The notes under the pieces were generated by a model. The model ran no database searches. It was given only the letters and a program-made list of their open reading frames with translations, and was not told the origin of the DNA. From positions 62,001 to 126,000 of the IMG/VR virus record IMGVR_UViG_3300042879_006196: 64,000 nt of DNA. One strand, written 5' to 3'. The position numbers and the translations under genes are program-made. This document shows, one piece after another, positions 1-6,909 of this stretch; the stretch's first letter is position 1, and each line of letters opens with the position of its first letter.

Positions 1-99
1 CGAGAATTGCTCGCTGTTGCCAGAGAAGGTGGCTCAATCGGCACCTTTTACAATACAAGGCTTCGACCCTTGCCTATAACAAAGTCAGATTCTTTCTGA
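1..99 (+). CDS. 3' end of a KTSC-like small protein, paralog of 5836..6093
   Basis: Frame 1 reads RELLAVAREGGSIGTFYNTRLRPLPITKSDSF*, which matches SELLTVATEGGSLGTFYNSVVRKLPIEK in 5836..6093. Confidence 0.7.
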   Translation, partial: RELLAVAREGGSIGTFYNTRLRPLPITKSDSF

Positions 100-102
100 A
101 TG

Positions 103-125
103 ATAGGGGAATAAAATCCCCTATC
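103..125 (+). terminator. Hairpin GATAGGGG...CCCCTATC after the KTSC-like gene
   Basis: Inverted repeat; a related TAGGGGA-TAAAT-TCCCCTA hairpin occurs twice at about 6100-6175, after the paralog. Confidence 0.5.
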
Positions 126-165
126 TAAAATTTTCCAGGTTTAACAAAACCTGATTATAATGAAT

Positions 166-307
166 GTAAGAACGAAAGTTCTACAAGGTGACGACTCTGC
201 ACCTTGAGGGGAACGGAATTGCCCCTTGAAACCAGTAGCTCCTGTCAAATGGAGTGACGACATCTATTAAGTGCTTTGGGAATAGTTTCTAGAAAGAGGC
301 TATTCCC
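166..307 (+). ncRNA. Candidate structured ncRNA occupying a promoter cassette
   Basis: Starts at the ATG-equivalent position after TATAAT(156-161), has no ORF at that position, and folds into five consecutive hairpins. Confidence 0.55.
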
Positions 308-330
308 CCTCCAAGAGCCCCGCCGCCCGC

Positions 331-366
331 TTTTTCCAGGTTTAACACAATCTGATTATAATAGAT
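331..366 (+). promoter_or_regulatory. Representative early sigma70-type promoter for a leaderless transcript
   Basis: TTTCCA-N18-TATAAT-AGAT-ATG; no room for a Shine-Dalgarno; internal dyad CAG(G)TT-N6-AA(T/C)CTG. Confidence 0.8.
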
Positions 367-765
367 ATGACATTAGAACAACTGCAACAAATCTTTCCAG
401 GTGCTACGGCTGATACTTGGCATCAGCACCCAAACGGTGGTGGATGGGTGCAAAATACTGCAAAGGTATATGAAACTGCTTGGGTTGGCAAAGATGCCGT
501 AGTGTATGGGGATGCTGTGGTGCTTTGGAATTCTTCTATATCGGGGAATGCTAGGGTGTTGGCTGACGGGTATGGGTCTGGAGGAGAAGAAATGACCTTA
601 GAAAAAGCGTTGGAGCGGATTGAGTTCCTTGAGAACGCTCTGAACGGAGCGATTGGTTCCTGCATTAAGGATGAGGAATGTGATTTCACGAAAAAGCCAG
701 AACTGGTGGAATACATTAAGCAAAACTGGTTGAATGCATTAATCAAAGAAATAGATAATGAATAA
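367..765 (+). CDS. Hexapeptide-repeat-like protein fused to a second small protein (internal start at 592)
   Basis: WHQHPNGGGWV...VYETAWVGKDAVVYGDAVV pattern; GGAGGAG precedes ATG 592, whose peptide duplicates the 758 ORF. Confidence 0.75.
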   Translation: MTLEQLQQIFPGATADTWHQHPNGGGWVQNTAKVYETAWVGKDAVVYGDAVVLWNSSISGNARVLADGYGSGGEEMTLEKALERIEFLENALNGAIGSCIKDEECDFTKKPELVEYIKQNWLNALIKEIDNE

Positions 766-964
766 CATGACATTAGAAGAGGCATTGAAACGGATTGAGT
801 TCCTTGAGAACGCTTTAGACCAAGCCATTGACTTGGCAGTAATCCGAACTTGGGATTTAGGATATATTGTAGCAGGTTATGGTGGTGATAATGCAACTTA
901 TGACGTTAGAGAGCCACAAAGAGCTTTTCCTGCTCTAGTGGAATACTTGGAGGGGAAGGAGTGA
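758..964 (+). CDS. Hypothetical cassette protein
   Basis: ORF overlapping the previous stop; N-terminus paralogous to the 592 peptide. Confidence 0.7.
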   Translation: MNNMTLEEALKRIEFLENALDQAIDLAVIRTWDLGYIVAGYGGDNATYDVREPQRAFPALVEYLEGKE

Positions 965-1029
965 AAACCCCCTCCAAGAGTTTCGCTGCCCGCTTTTTCC
1001 AGGTTTAACACAATCTGATTATAATAGAT

Positions 1030-1248
1030 GTGATGTTACCTTACGAATATCTCAACGAAGTGCTTCAAAAGGGCGTTTGCCCAAATTGCAACAAGCCCAG
1101 CAAGTCTATTGACTTCCAATTCTCATATGGCGTGTACGCTGGTGTGATGTGCACTAAATGTGCCATCAATGGCTACAGAGACTCCTGCGGTCACAAGCGA
1201 CCAATGGGCACTAGAGCCGAGTACGAGTCCTTTGGAGAGGATTATTAA
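1030..1248 (+). CDS. Small Cys-rich (zinc-binding) cassette protein
   Basis: GTG at the cassette start position; CPNC and CTKC motifs. Confidence 0.75.
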   Translation: MMLPYEYLNEVLQKGVCPNCNKPSKSIDFQFSYGVYAGVMCTKCAINGYRDSCGHKRPMGTRAEYESFGEDY

Positions 1249-1311
1249 TCCCCCTCCAAAGGGGCGGCAGATCGTTTTTTCCAGGTTTAACACAATCTGA
1301 TTATAATAGAT

Positions 1312-1515
1312 ATGAGCAGTGATACAAAAGAATCGTTGGTTGTACTATCTCTCCTCGGAGGATTTGTTCCGTTGGTCTTTGCAATAGTGTGTCTCCCCAA
1401 GTATACGGAAGCCTCACTTTATTGGCTGAAGTTCGCCATGACCGCTTCAATTGTGTGTCCCGCAGTTGGATTTACAATTGACAGAGTGTGGAGAAAAGTC
1501 ACAAAAAATGACTAG
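1312..1515 (+). CDS. Small two-TM membrane protein
   Basis: Leaderless cassette ATG; two hydrophobic segments. Confidence 0.75.
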   Translation: MSSDTKESLVVLSLLGGFVPLVFAIVCLPKYTEASLYWLKFAMTASIVCPAVGFTIDRVWRKVTKND

Positions 1516-1723
1516 CATCTATGAAGAACTCAAAAACGCTGGTGTGGAAATCTCCAACTGGCAAAGTGACCTTTATTGTCCAAAAAATGCCCAGACTATC
1601 CCAATAGTCAAAAAGTATGAAAAAGAACACTATATTTCTACTTTCAAAAACTTAAACGACGGTCTCACTTGGTATGATGTTGCTTTTGCTTACGACCCTT
1701 ACTGGTCAAAATTAGGAAAGTAA
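1508..1723 (+). CDS. Hypothetical cassette protein (likely start MTSIYEE)
   Basis: ATG 1508 overlaps the previous gene end; part of ORF 1451..1723. Confidence 0.7.
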   Translation: MTSIYEELKNAGVEISNWQSDLYCPKNAQTIPIVKKYEKEHYISTFKNLNDGLTWYDVAFAYDPYWSKLGK

Positions 1724-1786
1724 TTCCCCTCCAAGGGGGCGGCAGACCATTTTTTCCAGGTTTAACACAATCTGATTATAATAAAT

Positions 1787-1981
1787 ATGAGCAATAAAAA
1801 GGCTTCAATCAAAAAACGAATAACAATGAATGGCAAAACATCAATTGTTGAAATAGATGTCTTCCAGCCCACTGGACATATGTCTTACTCAGGATTCGGT
1901 GCTCATGGAAGACAAAATCGAAAATCCGAGCGTCGCCAAAATCGAGCTGAAGCTCGCAACGTAATGAGAGGTGCATTTTAA
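1787..1981 (+). CDS. Small very basic protein
   Basis: Leaderless cassette ATG; GFGAHG followed by an Arg-rich tail. Confidence 0.75.
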   Translation: MSNKKASIKKRITMNGKTSIVEIDVFQPTGHMSYSGFGAHGRQNRKSERRQNRAEARNVMRGAF

Positions 1982-2106
1982 TGATTGACCCAAATGAATA
2001 CAAAGATGACTCTATATCTTTTGATGACGGTTCTCAATTAATTCTGCCCGACATAGAAATTTCTGATGATAATTGGGCATTTGGCACTCTAGATGTTGAA
2101 ACTTGA
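1981..2106 (+). CDS. 41-aa highly acidic peptide
   Basis: TAATG coupling with the previous gene; MIDPNEYKDDSISFDDGSQLILPDIEISDDNWAFGTLDVET (12 D/E, 1 K). Confidence 0.55.
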   Translation: MIDPNEYKDDSISFDDGSQLILPDIEISDDNWAFGTLDVET

Positions 2107-2127
2107 TGTATAATACTACAGTTCAGC

Positions 2128-2200
2128 CTCTCCATAGCTCAGTGGATAGAGCAACTGCCTTCTAAGCAGTAGGTCGGAGGTTCGAGTCCTCTTGGGGAGG
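2128..2200 (+). tRNA. tRNA-Arg(UCU), no encoded CCA
   Basis: Acceptor CTCTCCA/TGGGGAG, D arm GCTC, anticodon arm ACTGC-CTTCTAA-GCAGT, T arm GGAGG-TTCGAGT-CCTCT. Confidence 0.95.
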
Positions 2201-2271
2201 CTGAGCAATCCCCCTCCAAGAGGGTGGCAGCCCGTTTTTTCCAGGTTTAACATTTCCTGATTATAATAGAT

Positions 2272-2373
2272 ATGGAGTTACTAAAAAACATAGTGGTTGT
2301 TCTTGAAGCATTAGCAGCCATTGGGATTTTCATCGTTCTTGCTAAGATTTGGAAGCAAAACAGCAATCGCTAA
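2272..2373 (+). CDS. 33-aa single-TM peptide
   Basis: Leaderless cassette ATG; MELLKNIVVVLEALAAIGIFIVLAKIWKQNSNR. Confidence 0.7.
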   Translation: MELLKNIVVVLEALAAIGIFIVLAKIWKQNSNR

Positions 2374-2386
2374 ATCGCCACTTCCC

Positions 2387-2412
2387 CAGCTCCCCTCGAT
2401 TGAGGGGAGCTG
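2387..2412 (+). terminator. Perfect 11-bp hairpin
   Basis: CAGCTCCCCTC-GATT-GAGGGGAGCTG. Confidence 0.55.
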
Positions 2413-2477
2413 TTCCCCCTCCAAAGGCTTCGCCGCCCGCTTTTTCCAGGTTTAACACAATCTGATTATAATAGATA

Positions 2478-2735
2478 TTGAAAGTGATAGAAAAAACAAA
2501 GAAAGAAACAATAAAGTCTAGGAAAAAATATACAATTAATTATATTCAAGACCTTGGTAATCTTACTTTTATTGTTGAAGAAAAATTCAGTAGCTTAAAA
2601 AAAGCTATTGAGAGGGTGCAAGAAAAAGAAGCATTTTGGATACAAGAGTGTTTTGATGAAGATTTAGGAATATTTGAGCTCAAGCCCCGAATCGCTGGAG
2701 AGCTTGAATTACGATATTCTCTCAGATTTGAGTAA
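2478..2735 (+). CDS. Hypothetical cassette protein
   Basis: TTG start 1 nt from the canonical cassette start position. Confidence 0.65.
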   Translation: MKVIEKTKKETIKSRKKYTINYIQDLGNLTFIVEEKFSSLKKAIERVQEKEAFWIQECFDEDLGIFELKPRIAGELELRYSLRFE

Positions 2736-2811
2736 CACTCTGAAACTTAACCCCTCCAAAGGCTTCGCCGCCCGCTTTTTCCAGGTTTAACACAATCTGA
2801 TTATAATAAAT

Positions 2812-3231
2812 ATGACACTGAAAGATTTTGAGAAAGAGCTTCGCGTAAAAGTTTTAGCAACTTGGGGAACTGTTATAAAGCCTGCAAACTATGGAAAGTT
2901 TACAGATATTAAAGTGAGAGTTTCTTCAGGTGATGAGTTGTTTATTGTTGAAGTTAACTGGGAACATGATGAAAAGTGCTTCAATAAGTATGCTGATTTC
3001 ACAGGCGAATATTCAACGGATGTAATGCTCGATGAAACTGATATTTATGCTTCAGGGTGTTTTGCTCAATTCAAAATACATAGAAAAAGAAGAACTTTTG
3101 AAATAGGTTTAGTAGGCGAGCATTTTAATGATTTTGAATACTTAGGTTTCAAAAATCTAAAGTATGGAGTGCAATTGTATTTCGAAAATAGACAAGCTCT
3201 AGGTTCTTTCAGAGAATTTAGTGATGTTTAA
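2812..3231 (+). CDS. Hypothetical cassette protein
   Basis: Leaderless ATG; ORF fills the cassette exactly. Confidence 0.8.
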   Translation: MTLKDFEKELRVKVLATWGTVIKPANYGKFTDIKVRVSSGDELFIVEVNWEHDEKCFNKYADFTGEYSTDVMLDETDIYASGCFAQFKIHRKRRTFEIGLVGEHFNDFEYLGFKNLKYGVQLYFENRQALGSFREFSDV

Positions 3232-3292
3232 CCCCTCCAAAGGGGAGGCAGATCGTGTTTTCCAGGTTTAACACAATCTGATTATAATAGAT

Positions 3293-3490
3293 ATGAGCAA
3301 CGTGTTTGAACAAAGATTCTACAATGGTCAGGGTAATACATCAATTGAAAAATGCCGATACTTTGGAGAGTCTCATGCTTCTTATGAATGGCATAGACAA
3401 CTTGACCCAAGATGGACAGATGAACAGCAAAAAGCATATCATGAAGGCTATGATATGGTTCTTGAGGAATTGAAGAGAAACAAAAATTAA
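3293..3490 (+). CDS. Hypothetical cassette protein
   Basis: Leaderless ATG; ORF fills the cassette; AYHEGY-type C-terminus. Confidence 0.8.
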   Translation: MSNVFEQRFYNGQGNTSIEKCRYFGESHASYEWHRQLDPRWTDEQQKAYHEGYDMVLEELKRNKN

Positions 3491-3554
3491 ATCCCCCTCC
3501 AAGGGGGCGGCAGATCGTGTTTTCCAGGTTTAACATTTTCGAATTATAATAGAT

Positions 3555-3890
3555 ATGACACCAAGAGAAATTAAAAAGTTGATTGAGCGAATGGCAACTA
3601 ATGGTTTTACCTTAGTAGATGGATTCTTTCACCGACACATATACACTGGTAGAAAGTTGTATAGTGACGTGGTTAAGTTTGAGGATGCCTTGAATTGGCT
3701 CGAAAAGCCTGTTCTCACTGAAAGAATAAGAGACGAAGATATTATGGTGTTTATAAAAAATTATGGCAACGATGTAGCCGCTCGCTATGATGGTTGTTTA
3801 ATTTATGCGTCTATTAGTGGCTTTCGTGACAAAAGACTCACAGATGAACAAGTGGACGCCATTCATAAACAATGGCTTAAGTTACGCTGA
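3555..3890 (+). CDS. Hypothetical cassette protein
   Basis: Leaderless ATG; ORF fills the cassette. Confidence 0.8.
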   Translation: MTPREIKKLIERMATNGFTLVDGFFHRHIYTGRKLYSDVVKFEDALNWLEKPVLTERIRDEDIMVFIKNYGNDVAARYDGCLIYASISGFRDKRLTDEQVDAIHKQWLKLR

Positions 3891-3954
3891 TTTCCCCTCC
3901 AAAGGGGCGGCAGATCGTGTTTTCCAGGTTTAACACAATCTGATTATAATAGAT

Positions 3955-4581
3955 ATGATTCAATACAAGCAGTCGCAAAAACTAAAGAAGCTTCAATTGG
4001 AAAAGAACTTTGCAGAAGCAAACTGGCAAGAAGTTGAAGCGGAATGTAAAATCATCGACTCAGAAAATTCGGCGTTGCATAAAGAGAAATCTCAAGAACT
4101 TCAAAATCATATCAAAGCTATTGAATCTATTTGCAATCTGACTAAAGCCCAAAGTAAATACTTGAATGGATTCTATGCTCCAATCGTTTATACAAGAGAA
4201 GTTGATACTCTGCAAAGAATAAAAAGCAACTACGAAGGCATAATCAAGGAAAAAGAAAAACAAGAAATGTTGGCTAAACAGCAAGAATATCAAGCTAATT
4301 TGCAACAAAAAGCAATTATCTTTTTACTTGAAAATGGTAAAGTTCTTGGACAAGATTTTACTTTGGAAAATGCAATAAATTCTGCTAATAAATTGAAGTT
4401 TAAGCAACTAATTAAAGAGAAACTAGAAAGTTCAAGTGAATTCTCTTTTGACGGTGAAACTTGTGATGAAGATTGTGGTTGGGATGGTATGGGTCACAGA
4501 TGTTTCTGTGGTTGCCGAAGAGTAGATTGGGAATATAACGGCAATTTTGACAATATGTATATTTATGCCCAAGCATACTAA
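3955..4581 (+). CDS. Coiled-coil protein with C-terminal Cys cluster
   Basis: Leaderless ATG; CDEDCGWDG..RCFCGCRRV. Confidence 0.8.
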   Translation: MIQYKQSQKLKKLQLEKNFAEANWQEVEAECKIIDSENSALHKEKSQELQNHIKAIESICNLTKAQSKYLNGFYAPIVYTREVDTLQRIKSNYEGIIKEKEKQEMLAKQQEYQANLQQKAIIFLLENGKVLGQDFTLENAINSANKLKFKQLIKEKLESSSEFSFDGETCDEDCGWDGMGHRCFCGCRRVDWEYNGNFDNMYIYAQAY

Positions 4582-4643
4582 CCCCCTCCAAAGGGGAGGC
4601 AGATTGTTTTTTCCAGGTTTAACACAATCTGATTATAATAGAT

Positions 4644-4814
4644 ATGAGCGACAAAGAATTGAAGCTGATGATTGCTGGACAATGCCTCACGGGGTTGCTT
4701 GCAAATAATTCTCCTTGGAATAACGAATTAAGCCGACCAGCGCTTGTAGACTTTGCTTGGGGGGTTGCAACAGCTTTAATGGAGTTAAGTAAAGAGGAAG
4801 AGGAGAAGAAATGA
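4644..4814 (+). CDS. 56-aa phage protein of the AGQALxGLLAN...A..LM type
   Basis: Leaderless ATG; IAGQCLTGLLAN...AWGVATALM; ATGA overlap with the next gene. Confidence 0.7.
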   Translation: MSDKELKLMIAGQCLTGLLANNSPWNNELSRPALVDFAWGVATALMELSKEEEEKK

Positions 4815-5059
4815 CGCTAAGAGAGTGCATCAAACAAGAACTTAACTATCCCCGTAAAATGCATGGAAGTATTGTTGTTTACCGTGTAAGGCGGGATGGG
4901 GCAACTACATACACCTGTGCGGAGTGGGCTTTGCTTGAAAACAGACCACCCGTTGCAGAAATTTGGCGGGATTGGGGGAACAAAGAATGGCAAGTAAGTT
5001 ATTATAGAAAGCCAACAAAGCAAGAAAAAAAGGTGATAGATGCCTTTAGTTGTTTGTAG
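4811..5059 (+). CDS. Hypothetical cassette protein
   Basis: GAGGAG SD and ATGA coupling. Confidence 0.75.
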   Translation: MTLRECIKQELNYPRKMHGSIVVYRVRRDGATTYTCAEWALLENRPPVAEIWRDWGNKEWQVSYYRKPTKQEKKVIDAFSCL

Positions 5060-5202
5060 GGGAAGGATTAAGTCCCTCCCCCTCCAAGAGGGTGGCAGCC
5101 CGTTTTTTCCAGGTTTAACATTTTCTGATTATAATAATTATTTACAAATTTTTTTTCAAAAAATATTTTTTCCAGGTTTAACATTTTCTGATTATAATAG
5201 AT

Positions 5203-5637
5203 GTGATACACATTCACGCAACCAATCTAGGAGTCAGGTTTGGAACCTCTGACACTACTCTCGTTACTGCAAAAGACTATGATTGGGACTTCCAATTGTC
5301 TACCGAAGCCACTTCCAACGATAAGGACGTTATCGTGTTAAAAATGCCCGAAAACATGGCATTGGAACTATTCTGGGAATACTGCCGTAAAGAAGCATCG
5401 AGCCACCTTCTTTTGCACATTAGTGCTCTATTAGACGAAACTCCAAAAGAGCACATTGTTGAACAACTCCGTTGGTCAGTTGAAATACTGACTGATGATA
5501 GAAATAACAAAGTATTTGGGCGGGTAATCAAGCGTTCCGAGGCGTACATGGCAAAAGATATTGAGAATTTGCTTTTCTATAATCAAGAGCTTAAACTTTA
5601 TGCTCTATTGGATGAGGCTTATTTTTTCCAGGTTTAA
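5203..5637 (+). CDS. Hypothetical cassette protein
   Basis: GTG at the cassette start position; the stop lies inside the next promoter copy. Confidence 0.75.
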   Translation: MIHIHATNLGVRFGTSDTTLVTAKDYDWDFQLSTEATSNDKDVIVLKMPENMALELFWEYCRKEASSHLLLHISALLDETPKEHIVEQLRWSVEILTDDRNNKVFGRVIKRSEAYMAKDIENLLFYNQELKLYALLDEAYFFQV

Positions 5638-5835
5638 CATTTCCTGATTATAATAATTGCCATAGAAAAAAACTATGGCAATTATATCTAGTTTGCAAAA
5701 ATCTATGACAAATTTTCCAGGTTTAACAAAACCTGATTATAATATAGTTGCAAAAAATTAAAAAATTTTTTGGCGGCGGAGCCTTTGGAGGGGAAAAAAA
5801 TTTTCCAGGTTTAACATTTTCTGATTATAATAGAT

Positions 5836-6093
5836 ATGGTTAAGAACCATAAAATCAAAAAAAGCAAAGGCAAGGTAACCATCCTCCCTGAAGCTTCTTT
5901 CGTCGAACGACTTGAACTGAAAGGCAATAACCTGAAGTTCAAAATGAAATCAGGTGATAGCGTATATTCTACCGTTTTGAATCCTGAAAACATTTCAGAA
6001 TTGCTTACCGTAGCAACCGAAGGCGGTAGCCTTGGCACTTTTTATAATTCCGTTGTAAGGAAGTTGCCGATAGAAAAGGTAGCAACCTTCTAG
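5836..6093 (+). CDS. KTSC-like small protein
   Basis: Leaderless ATG; ELL.VA..GGS.GTFYN..VR resembles the KTSC C-terminal motif. Confidence 0.55.
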   Translation: MVKNHKIKKSKGKVTILPEASFVERLELKGNNLKFKMKSGDSVYSTVLNPENISELLTVATEGGSLGTFYNSVVRKLPIEKVATF

Positions 6094-6385
6094 ACAATTT
6101 AGGGGATAAATTCCCCTATTCCATTTTTTCCAGTTTTAACAAATTCTAGACAGAATAGGGGATAAATTCCCCTATTCCATTTTTTCCAGGTTTAACACAA
6201 TCTGAATTATAATGTATATACAGATTGTGGGGTGGGGTTTTTATTTTGCTATAGATAGCGAAAGGGGCACCTTTTTTTATTTTCAGATTGTGTCGTAGCC
6301 TATATATAGGGAGGGGGGGGAGGTTTTTCTCACACAATCTGACCCCCCCTTCTTTTTTCTAGGCCCCTCGTTTACACCGACACTA

Positions 6386-6503
6386 CACAATCTAAAAACC
6401 ACAATCTGAGAATCACAATCTAAAAACCACAATCTAAAAACCACAATCTAAAAATCACAATCTAAAAACCACAATCTGAGAATCACAATCTGAGAATCAC
6501 AAT
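6386..6503 (+). repeat. 14-bp tandem repeat with CACAATCT core, 8 full copies plus 1 partial
   Basis: CACAATCT at 6386, 6400, 6414, 6428, 6442, 6456, 6470 and 6484; partial at 6498. Confidence 0.95.
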
Positions 6504-6858
6504 TTTTTAGTTTATTTTTTTTATTCTCGGATCATAGGGGGGGTGTTTAAATTTAGGGGGGGTGTTTTAAAAAGGGTGTATAGATATATATACATATAGG
6601 GGTAAATTTTCGTATAATTAATAATGGTATACACGATTTTTCTTTTTCTAGCTATATATACAAATCTTTGTTTACTAGAAGCCTTGATACAATACAAAAC
6701 TTTTGTTTCTCGCTTAGGGTCATATTTAATGATTAAATATTTAAATTTCTTATCGTGGTTAAATTTCTTTACATACACAATCTGTCTTTTAAAGGGATCA
6801 CATTTGATAAATTTTTGATTAAAAAATAATTCCAGAAACACTGTTTTATGCATTTCCC

Positions 6859-6891
6859 CGTAATCTAAGAGCACAAGGATTTCGAATATAA
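6859..6891 (+). pseudogene. Remnant C-terminus of a Trp-repeat paralog
   Basis: Reads RNLRAQGFRI*, matching the ends RNLQAQGFPIKIY* and HNLKAQGFPM*. Confidence 0.6.
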
Positions 6892-6909
6892 ATTTAGTAA
6901 TTTAAGATT

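Larger units (their letters stand above)
131..6213 (+). repeat. Array of about 19 dispersed promoter-cassette repeats
   Basis: The core TTTTCCAGGTTTAACA(CAAT/TTTT/AAAC/TTTC)CTGATTATAAT occurs at about 131, 331, 994, 1276, 1751, 2236, 2441, 2776, 3258, 3520, 3920, 4608, 5104, 5167, 5623, 5713, 5801, 6126 (degenerate) and 6181. Twelve copies are preceded by a GC-rich CCCCTCCAA element. Confidence 0.95.

Noticed and set aside
166-307. Hammerhead ribozyme
   Set aside because: Has GTGACGA rather than CTGANGA, and the stems do not arrange around a GAAA core
306-5100. Classical integron attC sites
   Set aside because: No RYYYAAC/GTTRRRY inverted core pairs bracketing the cassettes and no integron integrase seen
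131-6213. CRISPR array interpretation of the dispersed repeats
   Set aside because: Intervals are about 55-690 bp, irregular and mostly filled by ORFs; repeats contain TATAAT; no cas operon in the window
6386-6503. DnaA boxes
   Set aside because: CACAATCT does not match the TTATNCACA consensus
6146-6874. ORFs 6146..6337 and 6521..6874 on the minus strand
   Set aside because: They run through low-complexity G/C tracts and repeat DNA and are probably spurious
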